Origin: Paramecium tetraurelia
Taxonomy: Eukaryota
Length of the DNA: 64,000 bases
Assembly: GCA_000165425.1 (NCBI GenBank)
Contig: CT868666.1
Coordinates: 186,001 to 250,000, forward strand
Direction: 5' to 3'
The position numbers and the translations under genes are program-made. Position 1 is the first letter of the stretch; each line of letters begins with the position of its first letter. Under the pieces are notes generated by a model. The model did no database searches. It was not told the origin of the DNA and was given only the letters and a program-made list of their open reading frames with translations. Of the stretch, positions 25,331-39,018 are shown piece by piece.

Positions 25331-26599
25331 TATCATTAATTTATTTCTTTAAATTAAATTCTATTAACAAAAATAATAAATAAGTGATTTATTAATCATA
25401 TTGGTAAAACAATTTAAGCTACAATAAGAGGATTAACTATAAAATATATTAAATAATTTAAACAAGGATGTTTTTGATTGTTATTAATGATTGAATATTA
25501 GATAGAATTAAATTATTAAAGGGAGATATTTACAACATATAAAGGAAGAAAGGTAAATTTAAAATGGAATATCCACTTTGAAATTACCTTAATCTCTCTT
25601 AATTCAAGCATAATGATAAAAAAAGGTCCAAATCCTATGGAGGTATCCTTAAGGATATAACTACATCAAAATCTTGTTTGGAAAGTTAATTAGTATATTA
25701 ATAAGGAAAATATTATTAATTTATTAAATAAGTACAAACAACCTGACGAAATAATGAATATTTATACATTTAGGCTAAGAAATTGTTGCATCGATGCAAA
25801 AATAATGGTTTTAATTATAATTTCCTACTAATTATAAATTGCTTTTTCTTGAGTAGTTTAATTGATACTTAGTATACAATAATTTAATGATTGTTTATTA
25901 TCTATGAGTTTTGGAAATTTTAACATTAGATGATAACACTTTTTCACTATTCTTAGGGAAGAATTTTACTGGTTTTTAAATTGCAATAATTTTAAGTTTT
26001 TTTGTTTTATAGTTATAGCAGTACACATTTTGTATTATAACTCTATTAAAATACATATGTTGATTAAATAATCTGATATATGTTGTTTCTTCTAATATTG
26101 TTAAATCTAAACAAATCTAATTTAATCAAGTATTTGTTGGAGAAAAAGATGAGGAGACCTTCATTTAATCATAATTATGTTGGACAAAATTTAGATATTA
26201 TATTAGCTTTGATTTGTTAGATCGTTCTTTTTTGTTAAAAGCACTTAATCCTGGAACAAAATTCCATTATAATTTTAATTATTTATTTTTTATATTTGTA
26301 GTAATTTTAATTGAGATAAACTAGTAAATAATTTTTTGAATTTTTTTATAAATATATAAGAGTGAATTTGAAATAACGCAATAAATTAATTTGTTAACTG
26401 TTAACTATAAATTATGAGAATAGCTACTTTTTCGAACGATTCAGTTTTAGTATTTGTAGTATTTCTTCTCGATTTATTCCAAGCAACCTTGGAAAATCAT
26501 ATAAATTAGTTTGAATTTACATATAAAAGTACTGAATGATGAAATTATATAAATTAATAATTGAATTAAAATGAATATCAACAGAGTTTTGCCATACTT

Positions 26600-27082
26600 T
26601 CAGAGAAGATGCTTTTACAATTCACCTATGAAACTTTTGGTTATTTCTGTTATTTCTGGAAATAAGTTTATAGAAGTGATAAGTTATTTCAACTCTTCTA
26701 TTTTTTCATTATCTGGTTTTACTAGAGTATTTTTCAATTATTAAGTAGTGTCAATGTTATTTGGGTTCAATTCTTAGCTTTCTTTTCTTTCAAACAACTT
26801 ATTTCTTAAGTGCTTATAGTATCTGTTTTTCACCATGCTATATGATTTACTAGGAAAGTAAGTAGCAATTTTAACGAATTTAGGTCCTAATTCTTTAACG
26901 TATTAAAGAATGCTTTCGTCTTCTTCTTTAGTAAATTAAGAGTTTTATGAGAATTTATGTATTTTATAAAAGGATAATTCTCTCTTTCTTCTCCTTTGAT
27001 TTGTTGTTTGAGTGGTTCGCTTTGGTGGAGAGTATTCTTCATATCGCCAAGCCTTTGAAGGTATTCGCTTTTCTCTCTACAT
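26600..27082 (-). CDS. Small single-repeat Myb/SANT-domain protein
   Basis: FTKEEDESILQYVKELGPKFVKIATYFPSKSYSMVKNRYYKHLRNK; 161 codons, no intron. Confidence 0.8.
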
Positions 27083-27481
27083 TAATTAATTATAAATATG
27101 AATTAATGAAACCTATTACTCTTCAACCTTTAAACTCTTGAAGCAGTTGAGACATTCAGTTTATTGTTCTAAATTTGACAGGCAGATTCCATCATCCACA
27201 TGATAGTATGCCTAGACAGAAAATGGAGTGACATTTATGATATAATATAGACCTGCAAACAATACTGTATAAAAATACAAAAAAGAGTAAATAATTCTAA
27301 CTTATAATCCATAAGTTTTAGAATACATCACTTTGAGAAGATACCTTTAATTGTGTAAGGTTAACGTTAAATCAAATAGATTAAAAAGCTATTCTGATGG
27401 CAACCATTTGAATTAACAAACTTTAAAGATAATAAATAAATACATTTGAGGTAATATTGAATTAATTATATATATATTTAA

Positions 27482-28570
27482 TCAAAAGATAGTGCATGGA
27501 TCACATGTTCTATTCTTCTTATCTTTATTCTTAAAGGAGTCTATTGAAACATTTTCATGTTCATCAAATTGTTTGAAATCAAAAGCTGAATTCAATTTAT
27601 TCTCTTGTGACTTTCTCAATGCGTAAGACCTGGAACAAGAATCAGAATTGAGAGTAAGCTTTTAATATTGATAAGACATTACCTGCAACAAGGCGTGCTT
27701 TCCTTTGTACACTCTTACTTTCTGTCTGTCAGGACTCAGGGAAGCATTGAGTTAATCTTCAGGTATCGACTCATTCGTTTTTCTTTGATCTAATTGTTAT
27801 TCAATTTCCCTTATTTTTTAAGCATAATATTCTTCTTTTTCCTTTTTGGATTATTTGAGTTATTCAATCTCATTTTTTAATTAATTTAATTAGTTCTTGA
27901 TTTGATTTGGTGGTTAGATTTCGCTTCTCTTTCTCTTCAACGTAGAAGTTCGACCCATATAGTATTTTTTGTCATGTTGCTGATCTTCCAATTTCGACAT
28001 ACTCTCATATATTTACTCTCCCTAAGATTTCACTTATTGTAATTTTATCTTTGCATGCAGAATATCATCATCAATTTGTTCAAGAACATCTTCTGCCTAA
28101 TGTTTTGCTATTTCAGTATTTTTTTATCTTTCTTTACAAATTATGATTTCATCTTAAAGATCTTATACTTTTTCTTGGATTTCTTGGATCTACAACTTTT
28201 TGACTGTAGATTTCTCCTTATTAGAGGAGAGGATCTCTTAATGTTTTTGTTGCAATTCAGAAATGTAACTAGGCATATTAGCTGATGTGAATCTCATTGA
28301 TTGATTAGTTTCTCTGGGAGTAACATATTATTGAATTTGGATTGACTGAGGAATTTGATCTAAGCACAAACTCTGTTTTTTCATGTGAGATTTACTCTTA
28401 GGCAGATTAAATGAATTGAAATTCTCCTTCAATGCTTACTTCTCCGCAAGCATTACTTCTAAGTAGTCAATCATGGAATGAGCTTTTTCTAATTGTTCTT
28501 GATAACATTTTATTTGTGAACTAGGGGAGAGACTTGGAGAAGGAGGCTAGAAATCTGATGATGTTGACAT
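27482..28570 (-). CDS. Hypothetical coiled-coil protein
   Basis: MSTSSDFQPPSPSLSPSSQIKCYQEQLEKAHSMIDYLEVML..; Q/E/K-rich frame; TGA 27484-27482. Confidence 0.6.
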
Positions 28571-28797
28571 AAATTTGAAATTAAATTATAGTGAATGTTA
28601 GTTATTATATAAATTAATGTTCCAGCAATCAAAATTGATTGGCAGCAATCAAGAAAGAAGACAGGTTGAAGACATCATTCGTTAGACTAAGGGTCCATAC
28701 CAACCATTCTAGAAGAAAATCAAGCTCAAAAACTTGGTCTAAATTCTGTAAGAGATTTGGGAAGAAGACGAGGATTATTGATTATATATTATTATTG

Positions 28798-31541
28798 TCA
28801 TAATATCTTGATTTCAGAATTTACCTTTTCTTTCTCGTTTACGCTCTCCAAATACTTCAATGACTCAATATAATACTGTTTGGCCTCCTCATTTCTCCCT
28901 AATTATGAATGCACTTAACCCAAGTTCATCAACAACTTTCCCATGTTCGAAATTGCTATCTTTGATTCATAAACTCTCATCAAAATCGATCGACAACTTT
29001 CATAATCGAAACACAACGACATCTCCTCAGCTAATTCAAGCAACAAATCCAAATCATAAACCTCAGTTTATTCCATGCGTTACAAACATTACTTTGCTTG
29101 TTGTCCTCTCTTCTACAATAAGCAATTCAATGCCAAATATCCCCAAACTTCCCCATTGAAAGGCTCATAGATATTCGCTTAGCAAAGACATTCTTCAGCG
29201 ATTGGATCACACAATCTTAAATTTGCTATTCCCAATCCCAACCATGATAAAGAACTATTCGGTTATTGATCTAAAGCCTTCTCAAAAATCACCTTAGCAT
29301 CTTGCCACGATTTCCTCTTCAAATACAAGTACCCTAATCTCAATTGGATATCAAACGATCTCTTTGACTATATCGAAAGTGCCTTTAAGAAGGTTTCTTC
29401 AGCTTCATAAAATTATTCTGTCTAAAAGCATAACGATCCCTTAATCAAATACACATCATAGAATCTGGAATTTTAAGTTAATAACTTCTAAATCAAGGTT
29501 AATGCTTCAGGATAATTCTCATTAAAAATATGAATTTGAGCTTTGATTATATTTATCTTTTGAGTTGTCTTGTCCTTGATTGAAACCAATGCTTTTTCAG
29601 CTAAATCAAATAAATTCCTAGATGCAAAATATTCAATTAATTCTAATTGAATTGAATCAATTTATTCTTAGGTTAATACTGGTGCCTTTTTAGCCTTCTC
29701 TTATTACTCAATCATTTGTTACTTGAAATTAGGCAAAAGATGAGGATCAGGCTATTATTTTGCAAATCTATGATATATTAATAAGCATAATACCCTTTAG
29801 TCAATAAACCCATTGTTCTCATGAATATTCTTTGAGTGCATCTTAAATACTTATCAGCCATATTGTCATTCCCCTGCTGCCTATAGATGAATGACATTAG
29901 CAAGTTAATTAATGTGTTAATAGGTTCTTTTTGCAATAATTCCTTTAAGATTTAAGTAGCTTCCTTAAATCTCTCTCTTCGAATATAGAGACAAGCCATT
30001 AGTAATTCATTTTCCTTATTCCATTCCACATCTCTTACCATTTAGATTAATTGCTCAGCTGCCTTAAACCTCTGTATTTTGAGACAATATTTGGCAAAAG
30101 CTGAGGCTGATGTTTTATCGACCAAGACCATGTTAGTGTAGTATTTGAGTGCTTAGCTCACTTAATTAATAGTTTCGTATTCTTTGGCCAATCTTTGGAA
30201 TTTTTCTAATTGAGACTCTTTGAGTCTTTTGAACACTCTATCTCTTTCCCTGATATTCTATTCAAAAGTTAAGACCAAATCTTCGTGAATGTCATCTTCC
30301 TTATTGTTTTGTATGTATTCTCCTAGAGTGGTTTGCATTTATTCCATCATAAAGACATACAATTCAGCAAATAATCTATCCTGTTCATCCTTATTAACTC
30401 CAACAAACAACCCTTCCTTGGCGAACTTGTCAATACAAACTCTTATAATAGAAGATCGTAGTCTCTCTTGTAAGATATTGTACTTGCCAGAGGTGTTCAT
30501 TTCATTAAGAAAAGATTCTTTTTTCTTAGTCAATTCTAGCCACCTCTGATGAGTCATGCTAATCATGGGTTAAGTCTTAGCTTTTTAATCACTTTAATAT
30601 AATTTGCTGTATTCCTCTTCAAGAGACTTCATGGCTTCCTTGATATCCTCTAATAGATAATGAATAGAGTATACTCTTGAATTGCCATACACATTCAAAT
30701 TTGCTAGGTATCTTTTGTATAATAACAGGTTCTATATAGAGCGATGGTACATCTTCAACTAATGGTGTTAATGCTGGGTCTGTGTTTACTTCAATTTTCA
30801 TATACAATTTATCACAGTTATACTTTGGACAATCAGAACCTTCTTCTTATTTTAAAAATACTCTCACTATAGTGTGAGTACATCCAGGTTCTAATAGATC
30901 AGCTAAATCAAACACTCCCTTGAAAATAATCTAAGTCAATTCAGCATTATTCAAATTCTTAGTCTTACCCTTCTTCAATTTAACTAATTCCTCTTCTGTC
31001 ACAGCTGGTTGTCTAATGAATTGAATAGTGTTTCTTTATTCTAAAATCTCTTCCTCCAATTATCTAACATTAGTAATGTCAATTGAATGTGTTTCCTCAT
31101 ATTAGATGCTGGCAGTTTTGAATTTATCTTCTGAAATGAAAAACAACTTTTCTTACTCAGATAAGGTTTCTAAATGCTACTATTTTTACAATTCTTCCTC
31201 TTCTTCTTAAGCAATGGCCTTCTTCATGGCCTCTTCTTCTTCTGGACTTTTAGAGTCCTTTTTGTTCTTCTTGCTATTCTTCTGATACTCCTCATATTTC
31301 TCCTTCTCCGTCTGTTCTCTGGGTCTTATTTTCCCAAACATATCCTCTCCTTTGTATCGAATCACATTTGCAAATATCGCCGGATTGGTCTCATCAGTGA
31401 TCCTCCAATCATCTGTAAATCCATAAACACCCTTTTATTATGCTAATGTCTGATTACTTTAATTGTCAAATGAATGGTAAGCTTTTCTATAGGGTTATTA
31501 ACTTTTTCTAGAAGAGACAATAATTTGGGATCTGGCTCCAT
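28798..31541 (-). CDS. CFAP70/TTC18-like ciliary TPR protein
   Basis: LNEMNTSGKYNILQERLRSSIIRVCIDKF resembles CFAP70; many C-terminal TPR helices; ATG 31541. Confidence 0.7.
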
Positions 31542-31559
31542 TAAAATTAATAACTTATT

Positions 31560-33069
31560 ATGCAATAAAATAATTCACCGCCCTCTACTGCTTCATTTGT
31601 GCTCGAGAAACTCAAACACTACAGAAAATCTCACATGTCCTTTGCACTCCGCAATCTTCTCAGCACAAGCTCCAACAAATCAAAGACAACTACTAAACCG
31701 TTTATGAAGTTATTTTCCTCCTCCAATTGCAATTCTCCACTCCCCAAAGATATATCTCTATTCGAACGCACCCAGGATTAAACTGTAAAACAACTGGATC
31801 TCAGTAATATGCATGAATTCGAATACAAAATGACTCCGCAATCCCAACTCAACTCATTTAGCAGAGTATTAAAAAACCATCAACTTAGGACTTAAAGCTT
31901 GCCCCCTTCATAAGTGCCAAAAGATACAATAAATTGGACAAGCGATACAATATTATACTTTACTTTGAAGAGAATTCCATCCAGTTTCAAGAGCTAATAA
32001 GAAGAAAAGATGCTGAGAAAATGATACATTTATTTTAGAAGCCTATGTTCATAGCACAAGAACAAAATGTATAATAACATTGTATTAATATAGTTAATAG
32101 AGTTGTTTTCACTTATGATCTATTTATTAGCTTAGTTCTTTTTTGATTGCTAAGAATACTCAAAGGCTACATATTTCTTAAAGGATTGCTTCACTTTATC
32201 GAATCTATCTCGGAACCCTAAATTGAAAGTTAATTCTTTACTATCTATGGCCATATGCGCTAAATAGTAAACTATTTTATATTAATAGGTTTAAGTTATT
32301 CGACTAATAGATTATTTTGATTCAAAAAGCTTTGATGTATTCATGGGCCTATTACTATCACGATGAAGAGATTCAGTGTTATGATGCAATGGGATTGGCA
32401 TATTTCTATTAAGGTAACATAGAGCGAGCAGAGTTCTATCATTAGAAATGGTCGAGTGGGTTTTTGGAGGAACCATCATCGTATTACAGAGTAACAGCTT
32501 TAGAGTTTATCTAAATGTTTGAAAGAACCTTGCCTACAAAAGCAGTAGACTTTATGTCATCAATACAAGGGTCCATTAGTGTTCCTTTTGTGAATATTGC
32601 TACTGGCAGATATTATGATGATCGGAGATTCATCAAGTATAACAATTGCAATCCTCTAGAGATTATCTACTCCATCACTAAAACAAAGGAATTTATGGAA
32701 TTTAATCTGATTCATCACGAGTAGACTTTGGTGGTGAATCAACAAACAAAAAAGCAACCAAAACTACCAAAAAGAATTTTGGAGATTACTGAGAAATACC
32801 ATAAGAACAAGGACTTGTACTCCTTCAATCATAAGATTATGGAGAATCCTAAATATAAATTGTCTCTTTAATAGCAAGTAGATTTCAGAATGACTCAATC
32901 ATTTTCCATCTAGGAAATCAATTCGAACGTTAAGAAGTTTATATCATCATAAAGGGAACCCTTCATGAAGGCTTAGCAGATATATATCAGAGCAAATAAC
33001 AAATAAAAGGAATTCATCCCCGCAGTTATCATGAGATATCAAAAAATGCTCATCTAAATACTAAAATGA
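31560..33069 (+). CDS. TPR-like repeat protein
   Basis: YSWAYYYHDEEIQCYDAMGLAYFYQGNIERAEFYHQKW; intron 31866-31888 joins the frames; TGA 33067-33069. Confidence 0.7.
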
Positions 33070-33154
33070 TTATTCAATTTTTATAATTAGATAAATAATA
33101 CCAATCTATTGCCAATTATTAAAAGGAAAAACTTAGCTCACAATATTTAAAATA

Positions 33155-36078
33155 ATGAAAGGACTAAAGAGATGGAGTCAGCCTTTGGGTATGTTTGCAT
33201 CATGCCCAGGAGAATTTGAAAACTTCACTAAATGTTTCATTGATGTAATCCATTATGAGAATATACCCAATAGGCAAGTAATCTGCAATACAGCCAAGAA
33301 GACATCGAGAAATTTAGGACTGACAATAATATAACAATTGTCAGAGATGGAGAATAAGATAATGACATAATTTAACCCTTTTTAGATTGGAAACATTTTC
33401 CATTGGGACCTCCAGAATTTCAATAACCAACAGCCATTTAATCTGAAGGTATTTGAATAATACATTTAGTCATTCCAATCGTATTATCTGGTAGAAATGC
33501 CTTAGCAATTGCTCAAACTGGATCGGGTAAGACTTTAGCCTATTTGCTACCTGCTCTCGTGCATCTAGAACAACACGCTATGATTATGGAGTCTCCATAA
33601 CCTAAACTGCTTATATTGGTACCAACAAGAGAACTGGGAGTATAAATATATGATTAATTGCTTTAACTAATTGAATTTTATTATGGAAATAAGAAGTAAA
33701 ATGAGAAAGAAAACAGTCCTAATTTAACGAATCTCAAGATTGTCTGCATTTATGGTGGAAACCCAAATAAGAAACAACAAGTTGAATTAATTCAGAAGGG
33801 TATCCACGTAATTGTAGCCACTCCAGGAAGACTAATTGAATTAATCGATGAAGGAATGGTAAATCTAAATAAAATCACTATGCTGATACTCGATGAGGCT
33901 GATAGAATGTTAGACATGGGATTTGAACCTCAAGTCAGAGACATAGTCTCTACTATAAGAGAAGATAGACAAACGATATTGTTGTCGGCAACTTGGCCTA
34001 ATGAGGTTTAGTAATTGTCGAAAGAGTTCTGTTACGATCCCATCTTAGTTAAGATTGGGAAGGGGGCTCCAATTACTTAAAAGATTATTTGCACAGGACA
34101 AAAGGAGAAGTTACATGTTCTTATGAATGTCTTAGACGATTTGATATATACAGATAAGGTCTTGATTTTTGCAGAAACCAAGAAGAGATGTGAAGATCTA
34201 AGTCAGAGTCTCACAAAATAAGGTTATTTCTGTATCTCATTACATGGAGACAAATCGTAAGATTAAAGAGATGCAATCATGAAATAATTTAAGGATTCAA
34301 ACACCAGATTGATTTGTGCCACTGATATTGCATCCAGAGGCTTAGATGTTAAGGACATTACTGTTGTTGTAAACTATGATTTCCCTAAGTCCTTTGATGA
34401 TTATATTCACAGGATCGGTCGAACTGGAAGGGCAGGAGCTCATGGAAGAAGCTTCTCCTTATTGTCCTATGAAAAAGATGAAGGAATTCTTGCTGATTAG
34501 GTCATCACTTATTTAAATTCTTGCAATCAAGAAGTCAATCAGGAATTGCTGGAATTCAAAGATAAAGCTCTCAAAGTCAAATAGGAAAGACAACAGCGAA
34601 AACTTTAACAATATATAGACAATTCTAATCAAACTGGCATTCCAAACTCCATCTATCCTCCTAATAATTTTTGTTAGACTTCAGAAAATAAGCAAGAGAA
34701 TAGCAATTAATGGGAAGGTAGATAATAGTATATCAACCAAGGGAGCAATCAAAAAAAACCATATCACAAGCATAGTAGAAGTGAATACAATGAGGAGTAT
34801 AAGGGGGAAATATAGCAATATCAATAACATCATTAGAGAAATTATAATATGGATTTCAAAAATAAATAGCAATAGGATAGATAGCCATAATAGTAATTTC
34901 AACAATAGTAGAAAAAGAATTAAGGTGATTCACGATAAGTCAATGTGAGAAATAGATTTTAAGATGCTGAACAACCTAAAATTTTAGAATTAAATTAAGA
35001 GCTAGATTTAAAAAATTATAAATTATTGCCATAGTTCTAAGAAGAAGATAAAACTAATTCTTTTTCGAACAAACGATTTAATGATTAAGATTAGAATTAG
35101 AATTAAAAAACTTATAATATGGACTTTAGAAGTGAAAATGATAATTAAAATAGGAGAAATAATAACAATACACAAAATCATAATAATAATCATGAAGCTT
35201 AATTCTACAATGATAAGTATCTTAATCACTTAAAAAATGACAAGACTTATAATAATGATAGAAATTATAATAACCATTAGAGAAATTATGATAAGAATTT
35301 TAATAATCATAATGATAGACAAAATAATAATAATAATTTCGATAGAAACAATAATGAAAGAATCACTTTTGATAGAAGTAACAATGAAAGAAATTATGTA
35401 GATAAATCTAATAATGAAAGAAATTTTGTAGATAAAGCTCATAATAATAATGAGAGAAATTTTGTAGATAAGCATAATAATGAAAGAAATTATGTTGATA
35501 AGCATAATAATGAAAGAAACTTTGTAGATAGGCCCAATAATGAAAGAAACTTTGTAGATAAGCCTAATAATGATAGAAATTTTGTAGATAGAAGTAATAA
35601 TGAAAGGTAGAATGAAAGAAATAATAACGAAAGATATAATGATAGAAATAATAATGAAAGGTTTACAAATGAAAAAAATAATAATGAAAGATATAATAAT
35701 GAGAGATTTAATAATGAAAGAAATTTCAAAGTAAATAATAATGAAAGGAATTTCAATAATAATGGTGATAAAAACTTCTCTAATTAAAACAATTTTGACA
35801 GAAACAATAATGAAAGAAATTTTAATAATCAATAATCTAGAAATTTCACAGGTGGAAATGATAAGAGTTTTAATGAAAGAGTCTTTGCTGGTAATGATAA
35901 ATATCAAAATAACAAATAGATCAATTCAATGTAAAATGATAGACAATTTAATTCATAAAAAAACAATGGTAATGATTAAAATTATGAGAATGACTAAAAA
36001 ATATCATCTAAATAATATTAAGGATTTTCAAAATCTGATTTTACAAAATATCAAAATATGAAGGGTTAATAAAAATGA
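33155..36078 (+). CDS. DEAD-box RNA helicase (DDX5/Dbp2-like core) with ~480-aa Asn/Gln-rich tail
   Basis: [50 protein letters not shown]; frame continues to TGA 36076-36078. Confidence 0.92.
35332..35860 (+). repeat. Coding ~30-nt imperfect tandem repeat, D(R/K)xNNERNFV
   Basis: About nine decapeptide units (e.g. gataagcataataatgaaagaaactttgta) at 35341-35600, then degenerate NNER units. Confidence 0.9.
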
Positions 36079-36876
36079 TTATTATAAAAATAATATAGAT
36101 ATTTTAAGAATAAATCAATATAATTTAATCTGGATTGTCAAAAGATATTTGAATTGCATTCAAAAATTAATAATGTAATTTCAATTTTTTAATTATTTCA
36201 GATAATTCCTCCTTAGGAAACAAAAAATAAACACTATTTAATTATAAATAATTATTTTAATAATGTCTTGGATTACATATTATCCATTGAAAGTGTTTAT
36301 TTTTTGAACTCCCTCTACTTCAAAACTTTTATATTGGATTACTTGATTGCCTTAATTATCTAAGCATTATAGCAAATATATATATTTATCTTATTTTTAA
36401 AACATTTAACAACATTAATTTGATCAAAATTTAAACAACCTAAAAATTTATCTCGATTAATAATTTATCTTCTTTTATCTTCTAAGTTCATTAGGAGATT
36501 TAAATAAGATCAATTTTGGTATTAAAAATAGAAACTTCCATTATTTCTTAAAATAGTTTATTATTGGGTATATTTAAAGAAAAGGATACCCTAATTGATT
36601 TAATAATCTTTTAATATGATAATTTGATGCATTAAAAGATTGGAAAATTCTTTGTTTCTAATAATTAATTTGCAATGATGAATTATTTAATGATAATAGT
36701 TTTTAGTATTAGTAAATGGAATGACAAAATTAATAAAATTAATGAATCAATTGGAACATACAGAAATCCCATTAATCTAATTAAATAATATCACTGCATC
36801 AGATTTATTAAGAAGGATAGGAATTTGATTTTGATTAAATTTTTTAAAATAAGCATATTAGTAATATAAATATAAT

Positions 36877-37408
36877 ATGACCCAAATAAGCACACAAGTT
36901 AATGTGAGGAATCATGAAAGAACTACACAACCATCTCTCTTAAAATGCATTGCCACAATTCTTGAAGAGATAGTACAAGAAACAGACAAGCTTGATTCTT
37001 CGTCAACATCATTTCATGCTTCGAAAACACCTGCAATTACATTAGAAAATTATTTAATTCGAATAGCAAAATATGCAAAATGCACGGACGAATGTTTCGT
37101 TATTGCCTTAATTTATTTGGATAAAGTCTAAGAATTAAATCCAGACATTTTGTTAAATAGCCATTGTGTTCATAGGTATGTAAATCATGCGAATTAGATT
37201 TCTAATCATTGCAATAGTTTTAGCCATCAAATTTCAAGACGATGATTACTACAGAAATGATTATTATTCAAAAATAGCAGGGATCTCTTTAAAAGAGTTA
37301 AACCAATTGGAATCAGAATTGCTAGAACTACTAAATTACGACTTATTTATTTCGAAAGAACTCTACAATATTTACATAGAAAAGCTAAGGTAATACCAAG
37401 AATAATGA
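36877..37408 (+). CDS. PHO80-like (cyclin P/U) cyclin
   Basis: PAITLENYLIRIAKYAKCTDECFVIALIYLD..VHRFLIIAIVLAIKFQDDDYYRNDYYSKIAGI..ELNQLE; one intron. Confidence 0.9.
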
Positions 37409-37466
37409 AAGCCATGTGTTTATTTTTTGTTGGTTTTTCATATTAAATTTTAATTATTTTTAATTA

Positions 37467-38645
37467 ATGCCTAAAGTTGGAGGAAGAAGGGTAAAATGCA
37501 TATTTATCATAAAACTAGAAAAAAACAAGAACTCACAAAGAAGCAACAGAGGAGGATCTTGATTTGATAGGATAAACACCAAAAGGTTTAGTTTCATTTC
37601 TATTCTCAAGCATTTATATTAAAGAGAGGAAAAGTGTCATCAACTATTCGCCAGTTAATTGATGATTACAGAGATGTTATGTATCCCTTCACAACCATGA
37701 ATTTGTAAGAATCAGATAAAACCAAAATGAAAGATTACATATAGGCAGCTGGTTATTATTTAATATCACATATGATTATAATGACATAGACAAACAAGAG
37801 TATTCAAAAAATGCATATTAACTAGATTCATACATAAGATTTATTTAAAACCCTAGGGGACCCACTTTTACTTTTCGTATTCTCAAATACGCAAATAGAA
37901 ATGAAGTTCTCAATGCTTAAAGGAAGTTCAAATCATTTTCTAGAGTTTTCTCACCTCCTTTACTTGTGATGAATGGTTTCTAGACTGACGTTTAGACAGA
38001 TGATCCTAAAAGGCCAACTAGTGATCATATCAAATTGGTAGGAAATATGATTTAATCTATGTTTCCTGCTATTAATGTCTAAAATACCAATCCAAAAACA
38101 TAAAAGCGAGTTATACTCTTTTCATATAAAAATGATAAGATATACATAAGACATTATTACATTAGTTTTAATTTAAAAGGAATAGACAAAAAAATGAAAA
38201 AAATCATTAAAGCAAATAAATTACCAAATCTATCGAAATACAATAGCTTTTCTGACTTTTTATAAAATAATCACTAAATGTTTGCTTCAGATACAGAATA
38301 ATCTGATTTAGAAGAGTTGGAAATTGAGAACAAATAACATAAAAAGTAATAAATGAGTATCAGATTACATGAAGTTGGGCCTAGACTAGAATTAAAGCTT
38401 TATAAAATAGAAGAAGGATTTATGCAAGGAAATGTCGTTTATAATAGAGTTGGTAAACAAATAATATTATATTTTTAGTGTCCAAAACAAACAAGGCAAT
38501 AGAGAAATTAAGAAAAATTAAAAGAAGAAAAATGCTATTAAAGTATAAAAGAAGAGAAGAATAAGAATAGAATTTATAGAAAAAAACAAAAAAATAAGAC
38601 ATAGAAGAATTTGATAATGTAAATAAAAAGGTTAAAAAATAATGA
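37467..38645 (+). CDS. PPAN: Peter Pan/Ssf1 Brix-domain ribosome biogenesis factor
   Basis: DYRDVMYPFT, PRGPTFTFRI, PPLLVMNGF, QSMFPAIN, IRLHEVGPRLELKLYKIEEG. Confidence 0.85.
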
Positions 38646-39018
38646 TGAATTGATTTTTATATTATTAATAGATTGTATAGTAATTATATTAGTGCTATTT
38701 CATTTGAATATTCAAAGTTGTTTCTACTTGCACATTCTATAAGTTAAACAAATATGAAAAAATAAATAATTACAATTCCATTTGTATTTTCAGTAGAATA
38801 GACCCATTCCAAACTTCTGAGATGGTTAAGATAAATTTGTATTTAAGCTTAAGCAGTTTAGAAATTTATTACCACATTTCGTTCTTTTGTTATTAAATAA
38901 TTTTATATTTTTTTTTCAGTTGAATTTGCTAAATGAAATATACTGTCTATTCTCCAAACAAAAAATTGCACTGCCTAAACAGGGGTGGTTAATAATAGTT
39001 GTAAATACTATTTAGTAA

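Noticed and set aside
27098..27450. Possible small plus-strand gene
   Set aside because: Open stretch preceded by an in-frame TGA, with no recognisable motif or convincing start
28595..28781. Short plus-strand ORF ending CKEIWEEDEDY-TGA
   Set aside because: No in-frame ATG or repairing intron found; too short to support
35341..35600. Regular ~30-nt repeats superficially like a CRISPR array or minisatellite
   Set aside because: No unique spacers, variation is codon-wise, the repeats lie in frame within a CDS, and the host is a eukaryote
34681..35907. Long hydrophobic Ile/Phe-rich minus-strand ORFs in the supplied track (up to 225 aa)
   Set aside because: Antisense shadows of the AAT/GAT/AGA-rich helicase tail, not membrane proteins
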